DNA of 64,000 bases. Source: Eledone cirrhosa. Its lineage: Eukaryota. The position numbers were made by a program, and so were the translations under genes. Numbering within the stretch: the stretch's first letter is position 1; each line of letters begins with the position of its first letter. The stretch spans positions 335,730,001 through 335,794,000 of the forward strand of contig OZ024741.1 of the NCBI GenBank assembly GCA_964016885.1, given 5' to 3'. Of this stretch, positions 26,625-40,035 are shown piece by piece. The notes under the pieces were generated by a model. It was not told where the DNA came from. It saw only the letters and a program-made list of their open reading frames with translations, and did no database searches.

Positions 26625-26814
26625 ATTATTACCACCATCACTACCATCACCTCCACCACCATCATCACCACCAACATCACTAGCACTATCAATTTACAAC
26701 AATTGAAACTAAACATCTATGACTTTATTGGGCCTGGAGGAACTGCAAAAGGTAAAAGGCACAGCCCAGGTAAAAAAAAATGACATAGAACTCAGTAATT
26801 GAAAGCGAATTAAG

Positions 26815-26997
26815 AATAATGGTTTCTGATTCAGGCACAAGGCCAACAATTTTTTGGGGGAAAGGGAAAGTCGATTAAATCGACCCAGGGCATTACTGGT
26901 ACTTAATTTTATCGACCTCAGATGGATGAAAGGTAATGCTAACCTGGGTAGGATTTGAACTCAGAAAGTAAAGGGACGAAACTATATGCTGTGACAT
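26815..26997 (-). mobile_element. SINE family A, reverse orientation
   Basis: ggcacaaggcc...ctggtacttaattttatcgacc...ggatgaaagg...ggatttgaactcaga is the reverse complement of family A. Confidence 0.75.
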
Positions 26998-27132
26998 GTA
27001 TACCATTTAATGTGTTTGCGTGTGTGCCTGTACATTTGAGTGAGAATATTTGATATTGAATGTGTAACCCTCCTGCATAAACCTATACATATTTCATACA
27101 TATATATACCATATTTCATACATATATATCTA

Positions 27133-27300
27133 CCGTATTTCCCGGCGCCAAAGATGCTTCGTCTTCGAGGATGCACTATAATTTTGACAACCAAAAATTT
27201 GAAAAAATGTTATCAACAACCTTCAGCCTCCAGGACGCATGGTAGATTTTTGAAACTTATTTTAGGAAAGAAGTAGTGTCTTCGACGTGGGGAAATATGG
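27133..27300. mobile_element. Tc1/mariner-superfamily (pogo/Tc2-like) MITE
   Basis: TA|CCGTATTTCCC ... GGGAAATATGG|TA TIRs and TA TSD; an older possible relative at ~28873-29416. Confidence 0.7.
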
Positions 27301-27507
27301 TACATATTGTCTGTTTTGGTGGGGTTTTATTTTTATTTAAGTAAAATAACTTGATGTGTAATAAATTGTTTTAATAACTGTGAAACAAAAGAGGTATAAA
27401 TAAAAAAAGGAAAGATTATTACAGAGTGATGACAGGAAAGTGTCTGAGGAAAAAGGGGGAGTGTAAGAATTCAGGGGGAGATATAAAAGAATAGATATAG
27501 CTTGAAG

Positions 27508-27760
27508 GTACATGGCCTAATGGTTAGGATACTTGACATATGATTGTAATGTCATTGGTTTGATTCCTAAGTAGGCAGCTGTGTTATGTTTTTGAGCAAA
27601 CCACTTCTTCAGTATACTCAGCTGAGATGAGTGAGTACCAGCAGTATCTGGGGAGTTAAACCTGCAATAGACCGGCTTCTTGTCCAGGGAGAGTCTTGTA
27701 CTCCTAGATGCTTAATGCCAAGGAAACGGGGATAAGCACCGGTCTGATGAGCACTTCTGC
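27508..27760 (+). mobile_element. Diverged CORE-like SINE
   Basis: catggcctaatggttagg...ggtttgattcc...ttgagcaaaccactt...actcagctgagatgag. Confidence 0.6.
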
Positions 27761-28147
27761 TTAAAATATATAGCAATAGAGAGAGAACAAATGAAAGTGG
27801 CTGAGTAATGAGAAGAGAAGGAAAAGACAGAGTTAGAATGGGAGGATCAAACAATTGTTATATAAAAGTGAGAAGAAACAAGTAACGGACATACACACAA
27901 ACAAACTTCTAGAAATATTTATTAGATCTTTGTGTGGCTGTATCCATGTCTATGTTTACATTTGTGTTTGAGTTTATCTCCCATAACTTAACAATTCAAC
28001 AAAAATAGGATTGATAAAATACCAGATTAGAAAAAAACAAAACAAAATGAGATTAATATGATTGACTAAATCAAAGTAGTACCCCAGCAAGGCCACAATC
28101 TAATAACTGAAACTAGTAAAAGAATAAAAGAATGTGTGTGTATGTAA

Positions 28148-28440
28148 AGGTGCATAACTTAGGTGTTAGGGTGCTTGGCTCATTATTGTAAAGTTGTCAG
28201 TTCAGTTCCTGAATGTGTCCTTGAGCAAGACACTTTATTTTACATTGCTTCATTCCACTCTGCTGAAAACAAAATTAGTTGTGATGTCCCTGGTGCCAAG
28301 TTGTCTCAGCCTTTGTCTTTATCTTGAATGACATCAGTAATTTGGAAAGAGGAGACTGACATGTAATGGCTGGCCATCCATAAAACAGCTTATCCAGGCT
28401 TGAACCTTGGAGAGGTTTTTTTGTGCAAATCCATGGTCAG
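28148..28440 (+). mobile_element. Diverged CORE-like SINE
   Basis: gtgtccttgagcaagacactttattttacattgct; body similar to 62155-62497. Confidence 0.7.
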
Positions 28441-28475
28441 TCTGTTATTTATTATATAATATGTAAAAATATTAA

Positions 28476-28790
28476 AGGTGGTGAATTGGAAAAGTTATTA
28501 GGACATCAATGATTTGTAGTATTTATTTTGTCTCTCTACACTCTAAGTTCAAATCCTGCTGAGGTCAACTTTGACTTTCATCCTTTTAGGGATAAAAAAA
28601 AGTACCAGTGTAATACTGGGGTAGATTCTTTCTCTATATCACTTTCTCTCTACTTCTCTGGAAGAAATAGACTGTTTTCAGACCCGGAGAGGGGTGGGCA
28701 ACAGCAGGTTTTAAAAATGTCCAAGAAATGCTGTATGCCAATATGGCACCCCTACAACTCCCTCAGGAGTTACAGAACCACACCATGCCA
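28476..28790 (+). mobile_element. SINE family A copy plus a downstream segment shared with 5080-5200
   Basis: gttcaaatcctgctgaggtcaactttgactttcatcc, then ctctggaagaaat...ggttttaaaaatg...ggagtta as after the 4897 SINE. Confidence 0.65.
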
Positions 28791-30744
28791 TGTAACAATA
28801 GCTTAGAACACAGATGTCAGATATGTAATACTTTCATAACGATATTTCAAATAAAATAAACTTTATTTCAATTACCATATTTGACAGCTTATAAGATTCA
28901 CTCTTTTTGCAAATGATGTCCTAGAAAATCACCCTGCATCTTATAAGGTCAACGGTCAGTTTGGGTTACTGGCTAATGGAGTTGTAGTGTTGCAGTGGCC
29001 CTTAAATTAATCCACAAACATCTACATAAATATAAACAAGGTGGCGATCGCTTCTTCACCGACAGTAGCAACTCTATTCTAAAAATTAAAAAAAAATACT
29101 ATTTTAATAAATTTTATGATGAATAAAATAAATTTATTTTGACTTTCTTTTGTTCTAAAAATGTACTAAATATTTCAAAAAAATACAATGAAGAGAACAA
29201 AGTAAATTTTTTCACATTTCCTTATGTTTTAAAAATGAACTAAAATATTACAACTAGAATTATGTTGTAGAATGATAAAACAATATGATGTACAAATTTT
29301 ATACCTTTCATCTGACATTTGTTGTTTAAACCCATTTATTTTTTATTTTATTTTTATGTCTGCCCAAACTGAAATGCATCTTTAAGCCCATGCATCTTAA
29401 ACCTTCAAATACAGTAATTAATGAAAAATTTTGAAGGATCTACTAAATTAATTATTTCATTACTAAGATAGTAATTTAACATATGCTTCTTATATATAAT
29501 TAATTAGGAACCTTTTAAAATGGGTAGTTTTGAGCCAATTTTTGTCCAGGCTGGCAACAAAAGGGTTAAAGCAAGCAACCATATACACAATAATTTGGTC
29601 TACATACTGATAAATTTTTGTTGCAACTACATGTACAATAATTTAGTTTTTATACTCATACATTTTTGTTGCAACAATATATACACAATAACTTGGTTTA
29701 TATACTCATTGATTTTTGTTATGGTTATATACACAATAATTTTATGAATATACACATTCAGTTTGTTGTAATAAAATATATGTATATACAATAACTTGGT
29801 CTATATTTTCATACATATTTCTGTGTAACTTATATGTACACACAACTGCAGCATATTTTATAGCAGAGCAAATAAAATGAGAATAAAGGAAATATCTTTT
29901 GAATAAATACTTGTAAGACATTTTGTAAGTGATGATAACTGTTGGGAGAAAATCTTTCAAAGGAGGAACACTGTCAGAAGAGAATTTCTGAACAGTAAGT
30001 CATGTTTTAATGTTTTAACTGTTGATTTAGTTCAGAAGAAAAACGTTTTGCTGCAGATCATAGAAGCTTTTTACTGTTTCTTTAGATGGAAAGTAACAAC
30101 AACAAGCCTTTTATGGTCATTTCCTTTGCTAAAGCAAGGGTTAGTCTTGCAGGCTCCATCACAAGGTTATCTATTTTACCCCACCTATCATCTGCATACC
30201 TCCTTCACCAAACACCTAGCTTTCATTTTCTCCTCCCCAGCCATGTTTTTCTTCTTCTTTCCCTTCCTATTTCATTTAAATTACTCCTCTCATTCATTTC
30301 ATCTTTCCTTAGCATATGAGTAACCCATCTCATTCCATATCACTGTGTGTTAAGACTAAACTAAGAGTTTGTCTCTTCTCTTCCAGTCACTTTCATCCTT
30401 CCTCAACACATGACCTAACCATCTCATTCCATATCACTGTGTATCAAGTGGAAACTAAAAGTTTGCCTCTTCTCCTCCAGTCACTTTCATCCTTTCATCT
30501 ATATCAACAATTGATCTAGCTGTCTCATTCCATATCATTGTATGTTGAGAGGAAACTAAGAGTTGGCACCAAGAAAGGCATCTGGCCATAAAATGATGCA
30601 CCATAAAGGACCTCATATAACAAATATAATTTCTTTAGATGTGAAGTAAACCTGTTAAATAACAAAAGTTTGTCTGACAACGAGTGTTCTAGTTGTTCAA
30701 ACAATGGAATAGCCTGCTCTTGAAATTGATGTACAACTAGGTGA

Positions 30745-30885
30745 GGTGTGCAATCATTGGTTGTACAAATGGCTGCTGTATTACCATTGGCTGTACAAGT
30801 AGCTGTATTACCATAGGTTGTACAAGTATCTGTATTACAGTTGGTTGTACAAGTAGCTGTATTATCATTGGTTGTACATCCAGCT
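30745..30885. repeat. 27-bp tandem repeat (~5 copies; TGTATTACCATTGGTTGTACAAGTAGC)
   Basis: 9-aa periodicity in the overlapping ORFs. Confidence 0.8.
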
Positions 30886-31903
30886 GTGAAACTTTGCTTC
30901 AAAAAATTCTGTCAAACCCATGACGCCAATATAGAAAATCAACATAGAAACAATGATACTACTGTAATAGATATACTTTTTAAGTTTCTACTCTGTGTGT
31001 GTGTGATATGATCTGAAAACTGTAAAGTCAAAGGTTTAACTGTTATTTTAGATTTTATGTAATAATTTTTATAATTTTTAAACTTCCCCTTACTTTCGGG
31101 GTTCAATTCCTCCTGCAGTCTACTATGCCTTTCATCCTTTTGGGTTTAACAAAATGAATTACCTGTCATGAACTGGGGTCACTGTAATTGACTTCTTTGC
31201 CTTTCATTTTTCTGGGTTTGACAAAATGAAGTACCAGTCACGTACTAGTGTGGGGGGGGGGGGGGTGTTAGTATAATTGACAGTTCTTCATCAATGACAA
31301 ATTGTTGTTATGTAATCATCATCATTGTTTTAACATCTGCTTTCCCTGCAAACAAAAGTTGGATGGTTCCATATAGACTAAGTCAATATTTAAGAACTCT
31401 AAACATATGGCCCTGTGGTTAAATAAATTTTCTTGGAAAATTAGGAAAGTGTCCCACTGCATGGCAACTGGGGAAAGTGTCTTGTACTATAATAATAGCC
31501 TTGGCTTGATTAATACCTTGTGAGTAATTTGGTAGGAGGGAACTATTCAGAAGTCTGTCACATATATGTGTGTGTGTGTGAAAACAATCACTGTAAGGCA
31601 AATAACTATAATCATCATCATCATCCATTTTTTTTTTATTATGCAGGACACAATTAATCCCTAAGTAAGGGAGGGTCCTGCCTGACAGCACTCCTTAGTG
31701 TCTCACTCCATGTGTTTCTGTCTGCCTGTCTCACTCGAGCCAGGCCAAGCCTAGCTTGATCCCGATGGACATCCTCCATTCATATCCTATAATAATAGTT
31801 GATAACTATAACAGATATTTGAATAAATTTCATAAAGTAGAGAGAAGCATCTTTGTCTACTTTTTTTCAACTCCAGGGGTGCTTTACCTAATTTATTACA
31901 TTA

Positions 31904-32670
31904 CTAGCAGTGGTACGTTGTGAAATATATAACCGCCTTAGCTAAGCTTAGTATTGCCAAAACCACGGCTGGCAAAGAAGTAAGGGTCTGGTGGTACGTA
32001 AGTAAGCAACACTGTGGCTTAAAACGGGAGGAAGAAGTTGTGTGCACTTACCAACTGTTTGGGAAATGAGTGTGAGATTTGTCTTGAGCAAAGGTGGCAG
32101 AATAACCGGAGGCAGCAGACAGCCAGACATACAGACAGATATTATAAGGGCGCGTTCTGGACGCAGAGCGAATTGTAGGAAGTGACGTAATGCAGACAGC
32201 CAGACATACAGACAGATATTATAAGGGCGATGGATTGGCAGTAAGGGTGGTGGATTGGCAGTATCGGTAGAGGGTCGGACGCCATGCTTTCCAGCATAGT
32301 TACGTCCCTTTACGATCTGAGTTCAAATCCTTTGCCTTTCATCCTTACGGGGTCGATAAAATAAAGTACCAGTAATGCACTGGGTAATTGCTGGCCTTGT
32401 GCCTAAAGTAGAAACAATTATAAGGGCGCAACGTTATATGTATGTATCTATCTAAAAAGAGAAAGACTAAGAATTATAGAGAGAGATTGCTAAATCGCCT
32501 GCTGCGGTCCCTAGGGCATTGAAAATTTGAAATTTTTTGCTCAAAACACTCCCTGAAACATAAGTATTACATGTGTAAAGTTTGAAAACAGTCGGATGGG
32601 TGCTTCTCTAGTTTTAGGGATGCAAACTCACACACACACAGACAGACATCCTCTGTTTTATATATATAGA
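31904..32670 (-). mobile_element. Non-autonomous Helitron-like element carrying a nested SINE (~32243-32416)
   Basis: On - strand begins A|TC-TATATATATAAAA and ends CTAG|T, with no TSD and internal (CAGA/CA)n; 3' hairpin not clearly preserved. Confidence 0.55.
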
Positions 32671-32795
32671 TTATCTATTGTTCACAACTATTATTATAGT
32701 TATTTTCGTTGTGGCAACTGCATTTTCAAGTTTCCAATTCATCAATCGAGTTTTGTTTATCAATATGTAATTTGTTGATTTTGTTTTCTTTGTAG

Positions 32796-32958
32796 AAATG
32801 TTCACAGCAGGAAGTACAGACATATGTTGGCTGGACTGAAGAGCAAGCAGCTTCAGCACAGGCCCTTTACCGATACAGTGATATGAGACCTGAATCATAT
32901 GTAGACAATGGACAAGGAATATGTGAAGGGAACATGGATGATATGGGACAATTTACAG
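32796..32958 (+). CDS. Protocadherin coding exon 2 (cytoplasmic domain)
   Basis: Acceptor ttttgttttctttgtAG, donor CAG|GTATGT, 163 nt open in phase 0: KCSQQEVQTYVGWTEEQAASAQALYRYSDMRPESYVDNGQGICEGNMDDMGQFT; unique sequence amid repeats. Confidence 0.8.
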
Positions 32959-33007
32959 GTATGTTCCAATATGATTGATAATTGATTATTTATTGGTTAT
33001 TGGTTAA

Positions 33008-33227
33008 CCCTTTAGCATTTATATTACTCTATATTTACTATTGTATTTTTGTGGTAAAGGCGTTATCTCGCAAATTATCTCACATAATATCGAATCAATG
33101 AGATGTTGATATTATTTATTTTGAGAACAATACCTTAACATAAGTATGAGTGGCCAATTATGGCCAGTTTGAGCAGAAAAAGGTGAGAGAATTCTGGCCA
33201 GATATGGCCAGCTTAAATGCTAAAGGG
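33008..33227. mobile_element. piggyBac-like MITE
   Basis: TTAA|CCCTTTAGCATTTA ... TAAATGCTAAAGGG|CTAA. Confidence 0.7.
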
Positions 33228-33616
33228 CTAAATTTGATTTAGAGCATTCCTATGTCACATTGAAGAAACAATATAGTGTTTTGTCAAATATCTTGCAGTA
33301 TTTAATTACATTTATTTGAGTTCAAATCCCACCAAGGAAAGAATTTGTGACCCCCACTCCCCCACTGTTTTTTGTTTTTTTTATATATAATTTGTACTTG
33401 TAATATAACTTCATATGATGCCCTTGTGGTAAAGACAAACATTATTATGATGACTTTTGTCGGTTTTATATAATTTCTTGCCAGGTTATTACTTATGACC
33501 TCAAGCAGTAAAGGGTCTGTGCCTGTATAGTTACTTTAGTCCTTTGCATTGGGTGTTCCATATAAGCATTTCACTCAGAGAATGAGATGCATGTTTTGGG
33601 TGTGTGTTTGTTTGTA

Positions 33617-33650
<34 letters not shown>

Positions 33651-34495
33651 AGGTATGTCTGAAAAGTAACAGGACTTAGTGTGCTGTGTGAGCTATGACT
33701 GGGGTAACATTTAGCAGGTTGCGTTGCCATGTGACATAATATCCATGGAGTATATAATTATGATCTCAGTTCTCTGCAGCCATTGTATATTTTTTGGCCT
33801 GCTTTTGTTAATAGTTGCTCAATTTTAGGCTGTCTTGCAATGAAGTTACTGGTCCAGTTGAGAAAAACTCTGTCCGAAGCACTCACAAAACTGCAGCAAG
33901 TGTACAGAGATGAAAGGATGTCATGCCCATGGATTTTTGAGCGGCACAAAAGGTTTAAAGGGATGCGAGAACGTGGTAGGCAACCCCAGGGGAAGGCCTT
34001 CAATGAGCAGGACTGAGGCCAATGTTGAGCACATGAGGCAGGTGGTGTGTGGTGATCATTGGCTGATTGTTTGCCTGATTGCAAGTGAGCTGAGCATGAA
34101 CCAGGACAGTTTTTGGGAGATTATCACCAAAGATTTGTGCATTTGGAAGATCGCCAGCTCACAATGCCCTGAGCATCTGGCAGTTCCTGGCCGAGAAGAA
34201 CATTGCCATATTGGAACAACCTCTTTATTCACCTGATCTTGCTTCATGTGGCTTTTTATTTTCTCCAAGCTCAAGGGGTCATCAAGGGGACCCATTTTGA
34301 AATCAAGGGGGTCATAATGAAGGAGCTGAGAGGCATCTAAGAAGAATCCTTTTAGCAGTTCATAGAAGCATGGCAGAGAAAGATGGAAAAGTGCATTAGA
34401 GTTGAAGGGATTATTATGAATGGGAAACTATGTAGTTTGTTGTTTGGAATTGAAATAAATTGTTTGTGACACCAGTCCCGTTACTTTTCAGACAG

Positions 34496-34499
<4 letters not shown>
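33651..34499 (+). mobile_element. Internally deleted, degraded mariner transposon
   Basis: TIRs AGGTATGTCTGAAAAGTAACAGGACT / AGTCCCGTTACTTTTCAGACAGACCT; HTH remnant (KLQQVYRDERMS..IFERHKRFK..GRPS) and LEQPLYSPDLASCGF. Confidence 0.85.
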
Positions 34500-34560
<61 letters not shown>

Positions 34561-34719
34561 GTGCACACACAAATCATGCAGCTCTTTCTGCAAGTGAAGT
34601 GCATATATATATATATAACTTAGTGTTGAATCTATATGAAGTGCATGGACACAAAGTTTAATTTAGACCAGGTGGGTGTTGTACAGGTACTGCAATTCCC
34701 ATTTAGACTCTTCATAGTA

Positions 34720-34775
<56 letters not shown>

Positions 34776-35449
34776 TTTGGAGGATTCACCTGTTTGAATC
34801 TTCCAGCTGTTTCATGTACCCTGGTATTTTTTCGAAGTTGATGGCATTAAATCAAAACTTCATCACTTATTTATTATATTGGAATATGTAAAAAAAAAAA
34901 TCACTTTTATGATGAAGCTAGTTCATTTTTTTGGTTCAAATTTTCAATGAAGATTTTGTTTCATTCAACCTGCAATAGTTAGAGATGGCTTGCTCTTAAA
35001 AATAAAAAAATAAAAACTCTTAGTTTAATGAAATTTTTCTTCAACTGATTCTGCAAAGAGTATTTACTAAGTCATTTCTATGGTCTGTTTCTGTTAAACT
35101 AAGATTGTTTACAGAAATTACATTAATCCAGTTAAGACTGAAGAAATATAATGTAATAGTTCTTAAGAGAGAGATATTGCCATTTTCTTTGTTTTATTTT
35201 TTATTTTTTAGTTTTTTGTTACCAAAAGAAGTTTCTTGGTGAAAAATGGTAGAATTTGAGATAGTTGTTTGTTGTATTATCTGGGAATTTGGTTAATAAA
35301 AGAATATTGAATAGAATGTATTAAATAAAGAAAAATCTCCCTCTTCTGCCTGTCTGTCAGTCTGTCTGTCTTTCTCTCTTTCTCTCTCTCTCCCACCAGA
35401 ACAATAGCATTAGCTTCATTAATTTATATATTTATTTATTTAATCAATT

Positions 35450-35670
35450 TAAATGTCCATGTAGAGCTGGTAAGCTATGACAGACTGAAAAGGGTATCTA
35501 ATACTCATTATTATTAAGAATCATAAACAAGAGACAAAGGAAACTAGGTGCAAAAGATGTACAGTTATAGAGCAGTTAAATGTTTCTGTTATTCAATCTT
35601 TCCATAGACTCTATGTAGTGAAAGACCTTATTTATGATTGGTTGTTTTTTAAAGATGAACTTCAAAATGT
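35450..35670 (+). repeat. Unclassified dispersed repeat, second copy at ~38920-39137
   Basis: Shared tagagctggtaagct..gacagactgaaa...gcaaaagatg...gaaagaccttattt...aaagatga. Confidence 0.7.
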
Positions 35671-37494
35671 CCCCCACCTCTCTCTCAGACAAGCAATGAA
35701 TCTCTTTGTAACTTCCATGTATTAGAGTCTCTGGTTTATGATTGACAGTTGATTAAAGAATAGTTTTAAAATGTCCTTCTCTCTCTCTGAAACTAGTATT
35801 TTTCATATTGGAACAAAGTTCAGGGCCAAAACATTTGCATAGAGTGGTCTTTCTTCTCTGAAGACCTTCTGCTGTTTAGCTCTTCTGAGAGTTTCTTATC
35901 ACTATATTGGAACAAATAATGCCATGAAGTTTCTGGATTAAAGTGGTTAAAGTAAAATCTAAATACAGTTTTTAATCACATGTTTAGCAACCATCTTTGA
36001 AACAAATATAAGCAACTTCAAACTTAGCCACTGTATACTATTTGTTTATGACTGCGGAAATGTTATCACTCTCTTCTTTTTGTCCTTTTTCTTTCTACTC
36101 AGAAACATTTTTATCACAATTACTTGTCTTCTTTCAACAGTAGCTGATATATATAATGTGTGTGTGTGTGTGTGTGTGTGCATGTGTGTTTATGCTTGTA
36201 TATATGTGTAGGTATGTGTATGAATGTATGCATATATGGGTAGGTATATGTATATATTCATATATATGTATTTATGTGTGTATGTGTACATATGTATATA
36301 TATATATATATATGTGCATGTGTATGTGCATAATGTGTATGTGTGTCTGTGTGCATACATGTACATGAATTTTATATTGTAGACATATGTTAAAGGTTAA
36401 GCCATAAACAAAATATGTGTAGAATTTATTACTGCTGTTATCATGGTTTTATTCCTTTTTCTATATTTTTATTTTTCCTTTTCCCATTTTGTTTTCCATG
36501 CATTAAATATATAATAGAAGACACTTTTTTGGTTATGTATAGGTTTAGAAATATTAAACTCTGCTTATTAATACGTAGAGGGTGTTGGAGAAAGAAGAGG
36601 TGAAAAATTCATTAGATATTGAACATTTCAAAGTAAGCTTATGAGGAAATTTTTTCTTAGTTTAATGTAAATCATTGTCAACAGATAGGTTTTCTTTTAT
36701 TGGTGTCTTTTTAATAGTTTTTTGGGGGTGTTCTATATTGTTGTTTTTGTTATCTGTCTCTCTCTCATGTCAGTGAAGAACCCAGAATGTTCTTTTGACT
36801 ATTTACTTTGTTACAGTTGAGTGGAAGCTGACAAAATAGTTTGATATTAAAATAGAAAAAGATACTGACTGGTATTTTTGGTATAAGGCCACTTGCCCAT
36901 ACTGCTGCTCATCAGTAAGAAAATATACAAAAAAAAATTTCTTTTGAAAGTCCTCAATTTTGCTTCTTTTTTTTGTTTTTATTTTGTAGGAGTGGGAGTG
37001 GGTAGGGGGTAGCAGGTAAATCAAAGTAGTAGCTTTATTCAACAAATTTGACTTGGATTATTATATAATGTTTGCAATAAGAAGAGAAAAAAAGAAAAAA
37101 ATGAAATAGCGAAAGTAAGGGAAAGTAAGGGAGGGAATGGAAGATTCTACATCCCCTGTCAAGGTCGTATATCTTGGGGAAAAGTGTGTGTGTGGGGGGG
37201 AGGGAAGATTCTAAATACCAGTCAAGGTCATATATCTTAGCTGTGCCCTGTGGACAAAATGACAAAGGCATTACTGTTGAGAACACAACAGCCAGCAACA
37301 CCTGCTGCATCAGCCACTCCACTTCATGGGGCTCTATACTCAGGCAAAATACGCTCCTTCCCAATTTTGTGAAGGAAAACAAGCGTTTGGGAACCAAGGA
37401 CACCAGTCACTAGAAGTGTTGACTGTGACCAACACAGAAAAGAAGTGGTTTGTCAAATCCTGGTATTGGGCTATCTTCCTCTCTTTTGCTTTAC

Positions 37495-37645
37495 GGGGGC
37501 TAGTGTCAGGGTTTGTGGCCTAATGGGTGGCAGTTGTTGGGTTGTGGCCTAACAAGTGACTGTGCCCGGGTTTGGGGCCTAACGGGTGGCAGTGATCAGG
37601 TTGGTGTCCTAACATAGTGGTAATGTTCAGGTTTGTGACCTAGAT
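37495..37645. repeat. ~29-bp GT-rich tandem repeat (~5 copies)
   Basis: gggtttgtggcctaa(c/t)gggtggcagt units. Confidence 0.7.
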
Positions 37646-38587
37646 GACATTAATTGGACCTTAGAAACATCAGAAAATTTATGATAAAACTTGAGGCAAT
37701 AGGCTGTCTGATTTAAAGGTTTACTTGGGTAACTTGACTACTTTGGACATCCTGGACAAATGTTGTTGGCTATAGACTCAGGTTAAGCAATACCTTATGA
37801 CTGATATATTGTAGCTGGAAATTGTACAGCAGCAGATCATATATATGTGGGTGTGAATATATTTATCATCCCCATCCCCCACCCATTGCTTCTTTAGCAC
37901 CTTGGATATCTTGGACAAATGTTATCAATTGTTCTCTCAGGTTGACTAATACTTTGTAACTTTCTGAGTGGAATATAGTAGATGGAAACTGTGCACATGT
38001 GTTATGTGTGTATCCGAGTGTGTGGGTGTATGTATCAATATTTTACAGTGTTGCTTCTGGTATCATAGGGTCATATATATTTGTATGTTTGTGTGTGTAT
38101 AAATTTTAAAGAGTTACTGACACATACACACATATATATAGATAAACATACAAATGGACATAGCTTATTATTATGGTTTAGTGGTCAGTCGAAACTCCAC
38201 CTTAGCATTCTATAGGATTTTGGTGGCAGGTAAAAATGATGAGATTCTTGAGGAGATTCTAGCAGTTGGCGAAAACTAACTACCCACTCTTTTCCAGAGA
38301 ACTTTCAGTCCAAGGCCCATGGATAACTTCCAGAAACTCCTGGCCTGGCACTACTACAGAGATGCTTTGCCAGTTTGAGATAAACTCTAGAGGCATGGAA
38401 GTACTATCAGCCAGGCTTGTCTGAGATGTCTTCTAGAGTGTTCCAAAAATGGGGGCTGAGCTAATATTCTTTAATCCACATTGTACCCAGTGCTCTTATG
38501 GTGGTAGGGATGCCCTTAATCTCATGACAGTCCCAATCCTGTTTATTTCCCACTTTAAATTCCGGTACCACTTATATTATTACTAGC

Positions 38588-38762
38588 ATCAGTAGAGCAT
38601 AGGACAACATGCTTTGTGGCATGAGTTGAAATCCCACTGAGGTTAGATTTGCCTTGCATCCTTACGGGGTAAATAAAATAAAGTGCCAGTAATGCACTGG
38701 GGTTGATTTAATTGACTTTCCCTGCACCCAAAATTGTTGGCCTTGTGCCTAAATCAGAATCT
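38588..38762 (+). mobile_element. Diverged SINE family A copy
   Basis: ctgaggttagatttgccttgcatccttacggggtaaataaaataaagtgccagt; (ATT)n tail. Confidence 0.75.
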
Positions 38763-39163
38763 ATTATTATTATTATCATTACTAGTTGCCCGATTTTCCT
38801 TAGGACATACAGAAACACACACACACTTTTTTCCCCCACACCTGTTGACAGACTTGCACTTAACATTCTCCATGTTTTCAGGAGACAGTACCCTTTACAT
38901 ATCTATTTATCTTTCCTACTCATGTCTGTATAGAGCTGGTAAGCTGACAGACTGAAATATACTCCTTATAATTAAGAATCATTAACAAGGACACAGAGAG
39001 AAACAAATGAGGCTAGATGCAAAAGATGGACAGTTACAGAAAAGTTAAATGCTTCTGTTATTGGATCTTTCCATAACCTCCATATTGTGAAAGACCTTAT
39101 TTAATATTGGTAGTTTTTTAAAGATGAGCTTCAAAACCTCTGTCTCTCTCTCTCTCTCTCCCT

Positions 39164-39231
<68 letters not shown>

Positions 39232-39651
39232 AAAACAACAAAAGTCATATTAATAAAAGTCTATTTTTGAAGTCTGTGTTGTTGCTGCCTCTGTTGAAGG
39301 ACAGAGAAATACACACGCACAAACAATCAAAAAACTCTGTGGAGGTGGAGTGCAAGATAGAGTAGTATTTCCTCTCTTTATATAGAGAGCATGATAGACA
39401 GACTTACATACAGCTCTTATTATAGTGTAGATTATTATTAGTAGTATTTCCATTTTGTACAGATATTATTCACATCAATTGCTATTTATCAGTGATTGCA
39501 GTTTTTAAATTAATGTTGATGCCGGTGCCAAAAGATTGACATATAGCTCAGTAACTTGCAGTTATATGTTCAAATTCTGCAAAGGTAACTAATATGCCTA
39601 TATATACATACCATCATTGTTTGACATCCACTTTCCATGCTGGCATTTGTT

Positions 39652-39726
<75 letters not shown>

Positions 39727-39729
39727 TTT

Positions 39730-39903
39730 ATCCCGGGTTCAATCAGGTGTAACCACAGTAAGTAAGGTACTCAATACAAAGCAGAGTATAAATATCTAAT
39801 ATAGAAATGGCTTCTACAGGACTAGAACTGTTTCATTCGGGAGGAATCATCAGGCTTCCTGATGATTTATTCCAAATGAAACAGTTCTAGTCCTGTAGAC
39901 GCC

Positions 39904-39910
<7 letters not shown>
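39730..39910. mobile_element. Palindromic mini-element with hammerhead motif (related copy at 58300-58492)
   Basis: Inverted arms ~39805-39853 / 39858-39907; + strand GGCTTC-CTGATGA-...-GAAACAG-ttctagtc-CTGTA-GACGCC at 39853-39903. Confidence 0.7.
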
Positions 39911-39940
<30 letters not shown>

Positions 39941-39979
39941 CTGGGGCCATATTTAGTTGGTTCAGGTTTATTTAAAATT

Positions 39980-40035
39980 CGTTATATATATTTCGCTGAG
40001 AACTATCAGTTATGATAGCCTGAGTTCTTCAGACG
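39980..40035 (-). ncRNA. Minimal type-I hammerhead ribozyme motif
   Basis: - strand: CGT-CTGAAGA-[..GCTATCA taac TGATAGT..]-GAAAT-atat-ATA-ACG. Confidence 0.6.

Larger units (their letters stand above)
25925..26690. repeat. (ACC/ATC)n-type degenerate trinucleotide minisatellite interrupted by two SINEs
   Basis: accaccattgtcaccattatccctaccatc repeats. Confidence 0.85.

Noticed and set aside
32218-32428. 12-bp TSD (ATTATAAGGGCG) for the SINE nested in the Helitron-like element
   Set aside because: AAGGGCG resembles the SINE's own 5' end and the motif occurs a third time at ~32140, so the TSD assignment is ambiguous
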